Origin: Mycobacteriales bacterium
Lineage (GTDB): Bacteria; Actinomycetota; Actinomycetes; Mycobacteriales; QHCE01
Assembly (NCBI GenBank): GCA_013362805.1
Contig: JABFVL010000046.1
Coordinates: forward strand, 2,437-66,436
Length of the DNA: 64,000 nucleotides
Reading direction: 5' to 3'
Within the stretch, counting starts at the first letter, position 1, and each line of letters starts with the position of its first letter. This document shows, piece by piece, positions 36,306 through 46,815 of the stretch. A program made the translations under genes and the position numbers. Below the pieces are notes generated by a model that saw only the letters and a program-made list of their open reading frames with translations, did no database searches and was not told where the DNA came from.

Positions 36306-36603
36306 CGCTGAAATTCGCCCGATCCCAACTCAACCTGCCCGTGGCGAGCAGCACCCACGTTGTGGCATCCATCTCCACCACATTGGGAGGCGTTCCCCTG
36401 GTGTGCTTAGGACCTTGGCCACATTGGATCGCACCATGGGGAGGCACTCGCACTTCGATGCCATGCCCAGGGGCGCGCTCAGCGAGCTGGCCAAGCAGGT
36501 GAAGCACCGCACGACGCAGTACGACACGATCCGGCTGTTCGTCAGCGTCAATGCGGGCAAGAACCTCATCGACCGCCCCAGGATCAACCAAAGTTCGCCG
36601 CAT
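36238..36603 (-). CDS. Sterol-carrier (SCP2-like) family protein conserved next to actinobacterial pur genes
   Basis: 121 aa. ...VLRRAVLHLLGQLAERAPGHGIEVRVPPHGAIQC...TWVLLATGRLSW... resembles the small conserved protein found beside purF/purL in mycobacteria (from memory). Confidence 0.6.
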   Translation of the reverse strand: MRRTLVDPGAVDEVLARIDADEQPDRVVLRRAVLHLLGQLAERAPGHGIEVRVPPHGAIQCGQGPKHTRGTPPNVVEMDATTWVLLATGRLSWDRANFSASGVRADLRPWLPLAGEPSSAA

Positions 36604-36651
36604 GTCTAGATCTACCCCCGTTTATCCGTCATATCGGGCTATCCTCGCGGC

Positions 36652-37581
36652 GTGTCTGTTGCCGCCGCCCTCGCAGCCATTATCGCCACCCAACTCACCG
36701 CTCTCACCCCCTTAACCCCCACGCCCGCCCCATCACAGCCGAACGCGGACCTGGCCATCGCCACAGAATCAAACATCGAATTCGACGACGCGCACACCCG
36801 CACCCTGCGCTACCACATCACCAACAACGGTCCCGACGACGCCGAAGATGTCACCAGCGAATTTGCGGCCCCCTACGGCGCGGCAAGCGCATCAACCGAA
36901 AACTGCAGCATCGAAAACCGAGACATCATTTGCGAACATGGCGACCTCGTGGTTGGACAACGCGTCGATATGAGCATTGAGCTCACTGGACCACCCAACG
37001 CCGACGAGAGGAACTACGAAAAGAACATTCGCGTATCCGCGCGCACCGCGGACCCAACTACATCGAACAATGAAGCAACGTACACCGCCAGTGCGCGCAC
37101 GAGATCCGCGAAAATTCGTGAAATCAGCGGCACAGTAGCCACCTCGGACGGCGACCCGATCCCGGAAGCCCGCGTTACATTGACCGACGCGGCCGGCACA
37201 AAAGTTGAAATCGACAGCGATGCGCGTGGGCTCTTCGTCTACCAACTCGCCGACGCGCCAACACCCCTGCGCGAAGGCACCGTCAACATCACCGCACAAC
37301 ACAAAGGCTTCCACGACGGAACAACCGACATCTCAACCACCGGGCCCATTTTGATGGGCGTCAGTCTGCAGCTCAAACCAACGAAGGCTCCAACAGTGAC
37401 ACAAGCACAGGAAGAAGTCCCGCAGCAAACCCTGACAACTCAGGCACAAATCCGCGAGACAGAACGCGGCCCTTGGCTGGTCGTCCAAGTCGGCTCGGTG
37501 TTGATCGTCTTGGGATTCGTCGTCGCCGGAATGTGCCTAGCTCGACAACAAACTAGGCACCGACCTCGGCACGCCCGCTAG
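36652..37581 (+). CDS. Secreted, C-terminally membrane-anchored protein with beta-sandwich (DUF11/CARDB-like and carboxypeptidase-regulatory-like) regions
   Basis: Signal-like N-terminus [33 protein letters not shown] is DUF11-like. [26 protein letters not shown] is CarboxypepD_reg-like. C-terminal TM segment [21 protein letters not shown] plus a basic tail, with no LPXTG. Confidence 0.6.
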   Translation: MSVAAALAAIIATQLTALTPLTPTPAPSQPNADLAIATESNIEFDDAHTRTLRYHITNNGPDDAEDVTSEFAAPYGAASASTENCSIENRDIICEHGDLVVGQRVDMSIELTGPPNADERNYEKNIRVSARTADPTTSNNEATYTASARTRSAKIREISGTVATSDGDPIPEARVTLTDAAGTKVEIDSDARGLFVYQLADAPTPLREGTVNITAQHKGFHDGTTDISTTGPILMGVSLQLKPTKAPTVTQAQEEVPQQTLTTQAQIRETERGPWLVVQVGSVLIVLGFVVAGMCLARQQTRHRPRHAR

Positions 37582-39860
37582 TTGAACAGCGCGGGCAGTG
37601 TGCCCTCAAACGCGGCCCGCAGCTCATCCAGAGACACCGAGAATTGCCCGGCAATTTCCAGCGCCTTAGAGGAAGTGTCCACAGTGCCGATGCGGGTGCT
37701 ACGCACGCCGAAACGCTCACACATTTTGGTGAACTGTTTGACATCTGCCGGACGGATCGCCACCAGCGCGCGCGCCGTTGACTCGGCGAACAGCGCCAAG
37801 AAGGCGTCCTCGTTGAACCGAACCCGCGCACCGACGTTATACCGGAGACAAGATTCGACCAAAGCCTGCGCCAAACCGCCACCAGAGAGGTCATGCGCGG
37901 CCGCGATGAGGCTTTCTTGCGCGCCCGCGATCAGCACGTTCGCCAATGCCTCTTCCCGCGCCAAATCGACCCGAGGCGGACGACCACCAAGGTGGTTGTG
38001 CATGATCGAAGCCCACTCCGAGCCGGAAAGCTCCTCAGAGTTAGTTCCGAGCACGAACAGCACATCTCCGTTATTGCGCAGACCCATGGGGGTGCGCTGG
38101 CGCACGTCATCGAACACACCGAGCACGCCGATGACCGGTGTTGGGTGGATCGCCGTGTCACCGGTCTGGTTGTAGAACGAAACGTTTCCGCCCGTGACGG
38201 GAGTACGCAAGGTCTGGCATGCCTCGGCGAGACCCGTGGTGGCCTGCGCGAACTGCCACATCACCTCCGGGTCCTCTGGGCTACCGAAGTTCAAGCAGTT
38301 CGTGACCGCGATCGGGCGGGCGCCAGTCACAGCCACGTTGCGATATGCCTCAGCCAAAGCGAGCTGTGCTCCGGCATATGGGTCAAGCTTGGTGTAGCGG
38401 CCATTCCCATCAGTGGACAGCGCGATGCCCCGGTAAGACTCTTCGCTCAGCCGAATGACACCCGCGTCTTCGGGCTGAGCAAGCACTGTATTACCCAGCA
38501 CATACCGGTCGTATTGCTCGGTGATCCAACTCTTGTCGCACAAGTTTGGGCTGGCGATCATCGTGAGCAAAGTGCGCTTAAGCTCAGCGCCTGTGCGAGG
38601 GCGGGGCAGGCGTTCCGCATGTTGCGAGTTCAGCTCATCTTGATCAGCCGGCCGCGCCATGGGGCGGTGATACACCGGGCCCTCGTCGGCCAAACTGCGT
38701 GGCGGAACGTCGACAACAGGATCTCCATGCCAGGTGATGACTAGGCGATCCCCGTCAGTGACCTCACCAATCGCGGTGGCCAACACTCCCCACTTGTCAG
38801 CGATGGCCAACACCTTCGGCAAGTTCTCGGGAGTGACGATGGCGAGCATGCGTTCTTGCGACTCGCTGGCCAAAATCTCGTGTGGCTCCATGCTCGCTTC
38901 GCGCAGCGGCACCGTGGAAAGCTCAACCCGCATGCCGGAGCGACCCGCGGCCGCGGTTTCGGTAGTGGCGCAGGTCAGGCCCGCACCGCCCAAGTCTTGA
39001 ATTCCGACGACCAGGCCCTGCTCGAACAGCTCAAGACAGCTTTCGATCAGCAGTTTCTCGGTGAACGGGTCACCAACTTGGACCGTGGGGCGCGCGTCTT
39101 CGGCGCCTTCTTCGAAGCTCGCGCTGGCCAGCACCGATACGCCGCCGAGGCCAGCACGACCGGTTGTGGCACCCAAAAGCACGACGATATTGCCGACACC
39201 CTTGGCCGCCGAAAGCTGAATACGATCAGCCGGCATGACGCCTACGCACAAGGCGTTTACCAAAGGATTGCCCTGGTAAGAACTGTCAAAAACTACTTCC
39301 CCGCCGATGTTCGGCAAGCCTAGGCAGTTGCCGTAACCGCCGATACCCGCGACGACACCGTTCACCACACGTTTGGTGTCGGGGTGGTCGGCCGCGCCAA
39401 AACGCAGCGGGTCCATCACCGCGATAGGGCGAGCGCCCATCGTCAAAATGTCGCGGACGATACCGCCAACACCAGTGGCCGCGCCCTGGTATGGCTCGAT
39501 GTAACTGGGGTGGTTGTGCGATTCAACTTTAAAGGTGACGGCCATGCCGTCACCCACATCGACAACACCCGCGTTCTCGCCCATACCGACCAGCAGAACA
39601 TCGGTCTTCGGGGCTTTTTCGCCGAACTGACGGAGGTGCACTTTGCTTGATTTGTACGAGCAGTGCTCACTCCACATGATGGAGTACATCGCTAGCTCAG
39701 TTTGGGTGGGACGACGGCCCAAAATGTCGCGCACTCGAGCGTATTCGTCGTCAGCCAAACCTAGTTCTCGATATGGCTGTTCCACGTCGGGGCTATTTGT
39801 AGCTGCGGAAACAGTGTCCAAAACCGGAGCGAGATGCCCCGGGGCTTGCGATGCACTCAC
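37578..39860 (-). CDS. purL: Phosphoribosylformylglycinamidine synthase subunit II
   Basis: 760 aa with [15 protein letters not shown] and duplicated AIR-synthase-like domains. The GTGA overlap with purQ gives the purS-purQ-purL order. Confidence 0.95.
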   Translation of the reverse strand: MSASQAPGHLAPVLDTVSAATNSPDVEQPYRELGLADDEYARVRDILGRRPTQTELAMYSIMWSEHCSYKSSKVHLRQFGEKAPKTDVLLVGMGENAGVVDVGDGMAVTFKVESHNHPSYIEPYQGAATGVGGIVRDILTMGARPIAVMDPLRFGAADHPDTKRVVNGVVAGIGGYGNCLGLPNIGGEVVFDSSYQGNPLVNALCVGVMPADRIQLSAAKGVGNIVVLLGATTGRAGLGGVSVLASASFEEGAEDARPTVQVGDPFTEKLLIESCLELFEQGLVVGIQDLGGAGLTCATTETAAAGRSGMRVELSTVPLREASMEPHEILASESQERMLAIVTPENLPKVLAIADKWGVLATAIGEVTDGDRLVITWHGDPVVDVPPRSLADEGPVYHRPMARPADQDELNSQHAERLPRPRTGAELKRTLLTMIASPNLCDKSWITEQYDRYVLGNTVLAQPEDAGVIRLSEESYRGIALSTDGNGRYTKLDPYAGAQLALAEAYRNVAVTGARPIAVTNCLNFGSPEDPEVMWQFAQATTGLAEACQTLRTPVTGGNVSFYNQTGDTAIHPTPVIGVLGVFDDVRQRTPMGLRNNGDVLFVLGTNSEELSGSEWASIMHNHLGGRPPRVDLAREEALANVLIAGAQESLIAAAHDLSGGGLAQALVESCLRYNVGARVRFNEDAFLALFAESTARALVAIRPADVKQFTKMCERFGVRSTRIGTVDTSSKALEIAGQFSVSLDELRAAFEGTLPALFN

Positions 39861-40534
39861 GCGGCCACCAGCTTTCGCAATACAGAAGTGAAAATGACCA
39901 GACCATCCGTTGACGGTCCCGTCAACGCTTCCACAGCATGCTCTGGGTGCGGCATCACACCGACCACATTGCCCGCCTCGTTACTTATTCCGGCGATGTC
40001 GCGCAGCGACCCGTTCGGGTTGGACCCCAGGTAGCGGGCGACGATCTGCCCTCGGGCTTCCAACTCGTCAAGAGTGCGTTCGTCGGCGACGTAGCGACCT
40101 TCGCCGTTCTTGACGGGAATCACTATTTCTTGACCGGCGCTATATCCGTTGGTCCACGACGTGTTCGTGGCTTCGATGCGCAGCCGCTGATCGCGATTAC
40201 GGAAGTGAAGGTGGGAATTTCGCGCCAGGGCGCCAGGCAGCAGATGGGCCTCACACAGCACTTGGAAACCGTTGCAGATGCCCAGCACGGGTAGGCCCTG
40301 TCGCGCCTGCTCCACGATGGTGGTCATAACAGGGGAGAACCGGGCAATCGCCCCAGCGCGCAGGTAGTCGCCATAGGAGAACCCACCGGGCAAGACCACG
40401 GCGTCTACGCCATGCAGGCTGGCATCTTTGTGCCACAACGGGATTGGCTCGGCGCCAGAGATGCGTACCGCCCGTAGCGCGTCACGGTCGTCCAACGAGC
40501 CCGGAAATGTGACGACACCTACCTTCGGGCTCAT
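39857..40534 (-). CDS. purQ: Phosphoribosylformylglycinamidine synthase subunit I (glutaminase)
   Basis: VVTFPGS, GFSYGDY, GICNGFQ (catalytic Cys) and MPHPE. Confidence 0.95.
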   Translation of the reverse strand: MSPKVGVVTFPGSLDDRDALRAVRISGAEPIPLWHKDASLHGVDAVVLPGGFSYGDYLRAGAIARFSPVMTTIVEQARQGLPVLGICNGFQVLCEAHLLPGALARNSHLHFRNRDQRLRIEATNTSWTNGYSAGQEIVIPVKNGEGRYVADERTLDELEARGQIVARYLGSNPNGSLRDIAGISNEAGNVVGVMPHPEHAVEALTGPSTDGLVIFTSVLRKLVAA

Positions 40535-40764
40535 GCCTGACCCCTGATGGAGTACGTCTCGATGACGGGATTCGCCAACAGGGTGTCGGCGAGCTTTTGT
40601 AGTTGAGCTTCGTCAATGCTCTCAACTTCAAGCTCGAACCGCTTACCTTGGCGCACGGAGCTCACTCCGGTAAAACCCAGGTTGGGCAGGGCATTGGCTA
40701 TTGCCTGCCCCTGCGGATCGGCGATTTCCGGCTTCAACATGACGTCGACAACGACGCGGGGCAT
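40531..40764 (-). CDS. purS: Phosphoribosylformylglycinamidine synthase subunit PurS
   Basis: 77 aa: [17 protein letters not shown]...[13 protein letters not shown]. Its stop overlaps the purQ start. Confidence 0.9.
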   Translation of the reverse strand: MPRVVVDVMLKPEIADPQGQAIANALPNLGFTGVSSVRQGKRFELEVESIDEAQLQKLADTLLANPVIETYSIRGQA

Positions 40765-40955
40765 GGGCGCACTCCTTGAGAATGGGCATTTGCGCAGGCC
40801 AACACCACTAGCCTACCGGAGTCATCCCAGACCGCTTCAGTTGGAAACCCTAAGGTGTTCCACGCCACTGTTCCGAGCCCATAGACCGCCTCAGCTGATA
40901 ACGAACGTGCCAGCGTTACTCATCGCTCACCGGGATGAACCGGCCGCAAGTGCAC

Positions 40956-42368
40956 CTAAAGCAAATCGCCAGGCGTGTATTTGATGGCGTCGGGATGAGC
41001 CGCGACTACTTCTCCCACGCGGCGGACAATTTCGGCTACTTGAGCCGGCGCGGCACCCACGAATGCCAGTTTGTCGGTGAACAACGCGTCGAGTTCTTCA
41101 CGAGAAAGTTCCAGACGGGCATCGTTTGCAAGATCCCGCAGGAGGTCGGGGGCCTTACCCTCGCGAGCGGCGAGGGCGGCGGCCACCGCGTGTTCCTTGA
41201 TGGCTTCATGTGCGATTTCTCGACCTACACCTTTACGCACCGCCGCCATCAGCACCTTTGTGGTGGCAAGGAAGGGCAAGTATTGGTTCAATTCACGTTC
41301 GATAACAGCTGGGAAAGCGCCAAACTCGGACAACACGGTAAGCAACGTTTGGTACAAGCCGTCGGTGGCGAAGAAGGCATCGGGCAAAACCACGCGGCGA
41401 ACCACGGAGCAAGAGACATCTCCCTCGTTCCACTGATCGCCAGCGACTTCACCAATCATGCTCAAATAGCCGCGCGTGATAACCGCCAAGCCATTGATTC
41501 GTTCAGCCGACCGCGTGTTCATCTTGTGCGGCATCGCGCTGGATCCCACTTGACCTGCTTTGAAGCCCTCCGTTACCAGCTCATGCCCAGCCATAAGACG
41601 GATAGTGGTGGCAAGGTTGGCTGGAGCGGCAGTGGTTTGCACGAGCGCGGAGACAACATCAAAATCCAGCGAACGCGGATATACCTGGCCGACGCTGTCG
41701 AAAGTGCGTTCGAAGCCTAGGTGAGCTGCGACTCGTTGTTCGAGCTCGGCGAGCTTGGCCGAGTCTCCACCGAGCAAATCGAGTTGGTCGGCGGCCGTGC
41801 CGACTGGGCCTTTGATCCCGCGAAGTGGATAGCGGGCGAGCAGCTCATTGAGTCGGTCATATGCGATGAGAAGTTCTTCGGCGATGCTCGCGAAGCGTTT
41901 ACCCAGCGTGGTTGGTTGCGCGGCGACGTTGTGTGACCGTCCGGCCATTACCGTCGAGGAGAACTCAGCGGCCCGCTCAGCGAGCCGAAATAGCGCGGTA
42001 ACTACCCGATCGCGGATCAACAACAGTGAATCGCGCACCTGCAGTTGCTCGACGTTTTCGGTGAGGTCCCGCGAGGTCATGCCTTTATGAATGTGTTCGT
42101 GCCCGGCGAGAGCCGCGAACTCTTCGATGCGGGCTTTGACGTCATGTCGGGTTTGGCGTTCCCGCTGTGCGATCGATTCGAGGTTAACGTCGTCGATGAC
42201 GTTTTCGTATGCCTCGATCACACCGTCGGGCACTGGCACCCCGAGTTCTTTTTGCGCTTTGAGCACCGCAAGCCATAGGCGACGCTCAGCGATGATTTTG
42301 TACTCGGGGGACCATAGCTCCACCAGTTCCGGGGAGGCGTAACGGGCGGCCAGCACATTAGGAATCAC
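40956..42368 (-). CDS. purB: Adenylosuccinate lyase
   Basis: 470 aa of the fumarate-lyase fold, with the signature GSSAMPHKMNTRS. Confidence 0.95.
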   Translation of the reverse strand: MIPNVLAARYASPELVELWSPEYKIIAERRLWLAVLKAQKELGVPVPDGVIEAYENVIDDVNLESIAQRERQTRHDVKARIEEFAALAGHEHIHKGMTSRDLTENVEQLQVRDSLLLIRDRVVTALFRLAERAAEFSSTVMAGRSHNVAAQPTTLGKRFASIAEELLIAYDRLNELLARYPLRGIKGPVGTAADQLDLLGGDSAKLAELEQRVAAHLGFERTFDSVGQVYPRSLDFDVVSALVQTTAAPANLATTIRLMAGHELVTEGFKAGQVGSSAMPHKMNTRSAERINGLAVITRGYLSMIGEVAGDQWNEGDVSCSVVRRVVLPDAFFATDGLYQTLLTVLSEFGAFPAVIERELNQYLPFLATTKVLMAAVRKGVGREIAHEAIKEHAVAAALAAREGKAPDLLRDLANDARLELSREELDALFTDKLAFVGAAPAQVAEIVRRVGEVVAAHPDAIKYTPGDLL

Positions 42369-42435
42369 GTTGTCATTCTCTCCGACGGGTGCACGCGGTT
42401 CTCACGCGGGCCGGAGCGAAAACAAGCGAAGTGAG

Positions 42436-42603
42436 TTAAGCGCCATGGTTGGACGTGAACAGAAACATGAGCGCTAGCACTGTGGTGAGAGCCCCAATCG
42501 CGAGCATCCCGAAGAAAACTTCTCGTATTGCCCAGTAAAGCGTGCGCTGCCGCAGTGGTGTTGTGGCGGCTCTTGCTGGGGTTGGCGCGAGTTTGACGGA
42601 CAC
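42436..42603 (-). CDS. 55-aa small membrane protein (below the ORF-track size cut-off)
   Basis: GTG 42603 sits behind GGAGGAA (42607-42613). My translation is VSVKLAPTPARAATTPLRQRTLYWAIREVFFGMLAIGALTTVLALMFLFTSNHGA, with one clear TM helix. It lies in the purB-purD spacer. Confidence 0.45.
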   Translation of the reverse strand: MSVKLAPTPARAATTPLRQRTLYWAIREVFFGMLAIGALTTVLALMFLFTSNHGA

Positions 42604-42769
42604 GTCTTCCTCCACTGTGCACTAGGTAACCTTGTGTAGCTACAGTGGAGCGTAGTGTGTTAGCTATCCTATTTGCGCAATTAAAGCGCTTTGTCCGCAA
42701 ATTTCTCTCGATCTTTATAGAATTTCGGCGTTTCCCGTGAAACATCACTAGGAAACGCCGAGATAAAAA

Positions 42770-43987
42770 CTAGACTTTTGCGGCTATATCGGTTCGAAAC
42801 TGTGCACCTTCAAAGTGGATATTCGACACCAGCTCATAAGCGGCTTCGCGACTTGTTGGTACATCCACACCAGTAGCCGTCACCACCAAAACCCGACCGC
42901 CCGCGGTGACAAGTTCACCATCAATCGCCTTCGTTCCCGCATGCAAAACACCAGGCTGATCCGCGCCAGTGATGACATCGCCACTACGTGAGGACTCCGG
43001 ATATCCGGCACTAGCCATCACCACCGCAACCGCCGCACCGTCCCGCCACCGCAATGGCGGACGCTCAGCCAACGTTCCCGTGGCCGCGGCCAACAACACT
43101 CCAGCGAGAGGAGTGCGCAACAACGCCAAGACAACTTCGGTTTCTGGATCGCCGAAGCGTGCATTGAACTCAATCACTTTCGGGCCCTGGCTCGTCAAAG
43201 CCAAACCTACGTAAAGCAGCCCAGCAAAGGGAGTTCCCTCGACCCGCATCTGCCGCAACGTTGGGTAAACGACCTGTTCCATTACCGTGGGAACCAGCTC
43301 TGCCGGCGCCCACGGCAACGGGCAATACGCACCCATGCCGCCGGTGTTAGGGCCAGTGTCACCCTCACCAATGCGCTTAAAGTCTTGGGCGGGCAGCAAA
43401 GGAACAGCGGTGTTGCCATCGGTCACCACAAATAGTGAAACCTCAGGCCCATCGAGAAATTCTTCGATGACAACACGGCCACAGGCAGCGGCATGAGCCA
43501 AAGCCTGATCACGATCATCGGTGACAACCACACCCTTGCCCGCCGCCAGTGCGTCATCTTTCACGACATATGGCGCGCCAAACTCATCAAGCGCTTTCGC
43601 GGCTTGCTCAGGTGTCGAGCAGGTGTAGGCCCGAGCCGTAGGCACACCAGCGGCAACCATGACCCGCTTAGCGAAGTCTTTGGAGCCCTCCAACTGCGCG
43701 GCAGCCTTGGAAGGGCCGAAACAGGCAATGCCCGCCGCGCGCACCGCGTCGGCAACACCGGCGACCAGTGGCGCCTCCGGGCCGATAACCACCAGCTCAA
43801 TGGCGAGTTCCGTGGCCAGCGTGGTTACCGCAACGGGGTCCAGAATGTCCACTGGATGAAGCGCCGCCAAGGCACCAATGCCTGGATTCCCCGGGGCACA
43901 CGCCAAAAAATCAACTGTCTCGTCAGCGGCGAGAGCGGTGATCAGAGCATGTTCACGACCACCGCTACCAATTACAAGTATGCGCAC
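42770..43987 (-). CDS. purD: Phosphoribosylamine-glycine ligase
   Basis: [15 protein letters not shown]-terminus, an ATP-grasp core and the [13 protein letters not shown] motif. Confidence 0.95.
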   Translation of the reverse strand: MRILVIGSGGREHALITALAADETVDFLACAPGNPGIGALAALHPVDILDPVAVTTLATELAIELVVIGPEAPLVAGVADAVRAAGIACFGPSKAAAQLEGSKDFAKRVMVAAGVPTARAYTCSTPEQAAKALDEFGAPYVVKDDALAAGKGVVVTDDRDQALAHAAACGRVVIEEFLDGPEVSLFVVTDGNTAVPLLPAQDFKRIGEGDTGPNTGGMGAYCPLPWAPAELVPTVMEQVVYPTLRQMRVEGTPFAGLLYVGLALTSQGPKVIEFNARFGDPETEVVLALLRTPLAGVLLAAATGTLAERPPLRWRDGAAVAVVMASAGYPESSRSGDVITGADQPGVLHAGTKAIDGELVTAGGRVLVVTATGVDVPTSREAAYELVSNIHFEGAQFRTDIAAKV

Positions 43988-44057
43988 GCCAAAAGCCTAC
44001 GGGTTCGCTCTTCTGCCGAAAATCCCAGCCCTCAAGCCATGCCACACAGCACAATTT

Positions 44058-45197
44058 CTAGCGTTTGGTGATGTCCCATCGCCCCAATGACATCAAATCG
44101 TCCACGATGACCAGCGCATACACGACAACAATGAGCACGACTAGTTGCACCCAGGCAACCAACGCCACGCCGAGCACCGCGGTAGACACCGCCGCCGCGC
44201 CCTGAACAAGCCGCATCCACGGCCGAGGAAGATCCATTACGTAACGGAAATATGCGTGCCCCAGGAAGAACAGACCCACCCCGCCGGCCAACGCCCACGC
44301 GGCCGGCCACTCAAGAGGCTCCGTTTCATAGCCGATACTGAGCTTGATGCCAGCCGCCGCCAACACAATGCCCAACAGCATTGGGTAGTGCGCATATCCA
44401 TAGGCCACCAGCGCCTTACGTGCCCGGACAACCCCTTGAAAACGAGCCAGAGCGTGTTCGGCACGCTCATCGTCAAAGCCGAAATATGCCCAATACAGTA
44501 CATACGCGAGTACCAAACCGAGCACCACCGCTGCAATCAGACCCGGTGTCAACTTGAGTCCAGCCAGGCCCACGCCCAAAGCGATGACCGTCTCACCCAG
44601 CGCCACAATGATCACCAAACCATGGCGCTCGGCGAAATGTCGGGCACGAATATTGAAACCCGCGTGACCCACCAAAAATGGGTAGAGCAGCTGCAACAGA
44701 ACTGCCGTGGCCCACAACGCGTATTGCGGCCAGCCGTGAATGAAGCCACCGATGAGCACCAAGGTAGCCGTCAGCATGTTGAGCGGCGCGAACCGCTTCA
44801 TCGCGCGCACTGCCGACATGCCACCAGAAACTAGAAACAGACACGTATGCACCGCATTGACGAAAAAATAGCCAATGCCGAACGCCCAACCGGTGTCGTG
44901 AAAAGCGCCCGGAATCGAAAGCGCCAAACACAAAAACCCAGCCATGCCGACAAACAACAAGGTGCGCCGAATCGAACTGCTGGGTGCCACCTCGTTCGTC
45001 AGCCACACGAAACCGCTGTACATCCACCACATGATTGCCAGCATCAATGCGATCTGGCCAACCCCTTGCCAGGTCAGATGGTGGACTACCGCGTTCGTCA
45101 ACTGAGTGACGGTGAAAACGAAGACGAGGTCAAAAAATAGTTCCAAGGTGGAAACTTTGATCCGGTCGTCGTCTGGTTTATCCATTCCGAGCGTCAC
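44058..45197 (-). CDS. Low-temperature-requirement A (LtrA) family membrane protein
   Basis: STLELFFDLVFVFTVTQL is the hallmark N-terminal motif, with about 10 TM segments. The start may be ATG 45185 instead. Confidence 0.8.
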   Translation of the reverse strand: MTLGMDKPDDDRIKVSTLELFFDLVFVFTVTQLTNAVVHHLTWQGVGQIALMLAIMWWMYSGFVWLTNEVAPSSSIRRTLLFVGMAGFLCLALSIPGAFHDTGWAFGIGYFFVNAVHTCLFLVSGGMSAVRAMKRFAPLNMLTATLVLIGGFIHGWPQYALWATAVLLQLLYPFLVGHAGFNIRARHFAERHGLVIIVALGETVIALGVGLAGLKLTPGLIAAVVLGLVLAYVLYWAYFGFDDERAEHALARFQGVVRARKALVAYGYAHYPMLLGIVLAAAGIKLSIGYETEPLEWPAAWALAGGVGLFFLGHAYFRYVMDLPRPWMRLVQGAAAVSTAVLGVALVAWVQLVVLIVVVYALVIVDDLMSLGRWDITKR

Positions 45198-45250
45198 GCC
45201 CGCAGCTTAACCGCTAATACTGACCTGGGAAAACAGCACAGCGCACCGGT

Positions 45251-45300
45251 GAGACGACAGAGGCCGGCCCCTCTAACGAAGAGCCGGCCTCTGCGGTCTC
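45251..45300 (-). terminator. Hairpin immediately downstream of glyA
   Basis: Perfect 11-bp stem CAGAGGCCGGC (45258-45268) / GCCGGCCTCTG (45283-45293), extended by GAGAC/GTCTC. There is no strong T tract. Confidence 0.45.
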
Positions 45301-45304
45301 ACGT

Positions 45305-46564
45305 TTAGTCGAGCCCTGGAGTCGGGAATTTGCCAGTCAAAGCGCTGACCTCGGCACGCACCTTGGCGATGGTCGCATCGGCGTCACCCTTGGCCACGGC
45401 GGTTACTACTTCATCCATCCAGCCGCCAACAGCTTTAGCTTCCTCGACGCCCAAGCCACGCGAGGTGATTGCGGCGGCGCCCAGACGCAGACCCGAGGGG
45501 TCAAACGGCTTCCGTGGGTCAAACGGCACGGTGTTGTAGTTAGTTTCGATTCCCGCCGCGTCCAGAGCCTTCGCGGCGACTTTGCCAGAAACCCCTTTGC
45601 TGGTCAGGTCGATGAGCAGCAAGTGGTTATCGGTTCCACCGGAAACAAGGTCGAATCCACGAGAAGCGAGCTCTTCACCCAACGCTTGCGCATTGCTGAC
45701 AACCTGCTGCGCGTAGGTGCGGAACTCGGGCTGCGAGGCTTCTTTCAGCGCAACCGCGATAGCTGCCGTGGTGTGGTTGTGCGGACCACCTTGCAGACCT
45801 GGGAAAACAGCCTTATCGATTGCTTTAGCGTGCTCTTCGTTGCTCATCAGCATTGCGCCGCGGGGGCCGCGCAGAGTTTTGTGGGTGGTGGTGGAGATGA
45901 CATCAGCATGTCCGACCGGCGATGGGTGGGCCCCACCAGCGATCAGGCCCGCGATGTGCGCGATGTCAGCAACCAGCACGGCACCTACTTCGCGGGCGAT
46001 CTCAGCGAAAGCCGGGAAGTCGATGGTGCGTGGAATTGCTGTTCCACCGGAGAAAATGAGCTTGGGACGTTCGCGCAATGCGATCTCACGTACTTCGTCC
46101 ATGTCGACCCGGCCGGTGTCTTGCCGAACTCCGTAGCGCACCGGGTTGAACCAGGTGCCGGTCGCGGAAACCGACCAGCCATGAGTGAGGTGACCGCCCA
46201 TGGGCAGGGCCATTCCCAAAACGGTGTCGCCTGGCTTCAAGAACGCCAAGTAAATCGCCAGGTTGGCGGGAGAGCCCGAGTAAGGCTGCACGTTGGCATG
46301 GTCGACGCCGAACACAGACTTGGCGCGATCGATGGCCAACTGCTCGATGGGGTCGATAAACTGCTGGCCTTCGTAATACCGCTTGCCTGGGTAGCCCTCA
46401 GAGTATTTGTTGGTCAAAACGGTGCCGGTAGCTTCTAGCACCGCTTTAGAAACATAGTTTTCTGAAGCGATAAGCCGGATGGTGTCGGCCTGACGGGCTT
46501 CTTCACTATGAATAAGGTCCGCAATTTCACTGTCTACGGCGTCCAGTGCTGACGTGTGCGTCAC
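45305..46564 (-). CDS. glyA: Serine hydroxymethyltransferase
   Basis: LIASENY, GYPGKRYY, and TTTHKTLRGPRG (the PLP Lys). GTG 46564 lies behind AAGGAG (46572-46577). Confidence 0.95.
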   Translation of the reverse strand: MTHTSALDAVDSEIADLIHSEEARQADTIRLIASENYVSKAVLEATGTVLTNKYSEGYPGKRYYEGQQFIDPIEQLAIDRAKSVFGVDHANVQPYSGSPANLAIYLAFLKPGDTVLGMALPMGGHLTHGWSVSATGTWFNPVRYGVRQDTGRVDMDEVREIALRERPKLIFSGGTAIPRTIDFPAFAEIAREVGAVLVADIAHIAGLIAGGAHPSPVGHADVISTTTHKTLRGPRGAMLMSNEEHAKAIDKAVFPGLQGGPHNHTTAAIAVALKEASQPEFRTYAQQVVSNAQALGEELASRGFDLVSGGTDNHLLLIDLTSKGVSGKVAAKALDAAGIETNYNTVPFDPRKPFDPSGLRLGAAAITSRGLGVEEAKAVGGWMDEVVTAVAKGDADATIAKVRAEVSALTGKFPTPGLD

Positions 46565-46592
46565 GAGATAGCTCCTTGAAGGTTTCTCTTAC

Positions 46593-46710
46593 GCGACACC
46601 CAGGCGCACGGTGCCGAAACTTCGCTCCCCGGTGGTGCTCCACCCTCTCGTACGCTCTGCGTTCACAGCCGCACGTCAGCGCCAGTAGCGATCGCTCACC
46701 ACGGTAGCGC
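46593..46710 (-). promoter_or_regulatory. ZTP riboswitch (pfl motif) in the glyA leader
   Basis: The minus-strand RNA contains CGCUACUGGCG ... GGGUGGAGCACCACCGGGGAGCGA ... (linker) ... GCGCCUGGGU. This matches the conserved ACUGGCG / GGUGGGAAACCACCGGGGAGCGA / CCGCCUGGGC blocks of the pfl motif. It lies about 20-30 nt upstream of the SD. An unusual insert of about 30 nt follows ACUGGCG. Confidence 0.65.
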
Positions 46711-46784
46711 ATAGGCACGAGGACATGACAACTGTCTTACGAGGGTGTGGGGTGTCGCATTAAGCGCGTCGTGATAGCCGATCT

Positions 46785-46810
46785 GTTGGGCGCCAAGGTT
46801 GACGCCCAAC
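46785..46810 (-). terminator. Short hairpin just after the serS stop
   Basis: GTTGGGCG (46785-46792) / CGCCCAAC (46803-46810), an 8-bp stem with a 10-nt loop. No T tract. Confidence 0.35.
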
Positions 46811-46815
46811 CCGAG

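Noticed and set aside
42365-42748. 127-aa ORF in the purB-purD spacer.
   Set aside because: It has no SD and an odd composition, and it overlaps the purB start. The better-supported 55-codon ORF at 42436..42603 lies in a different frame.
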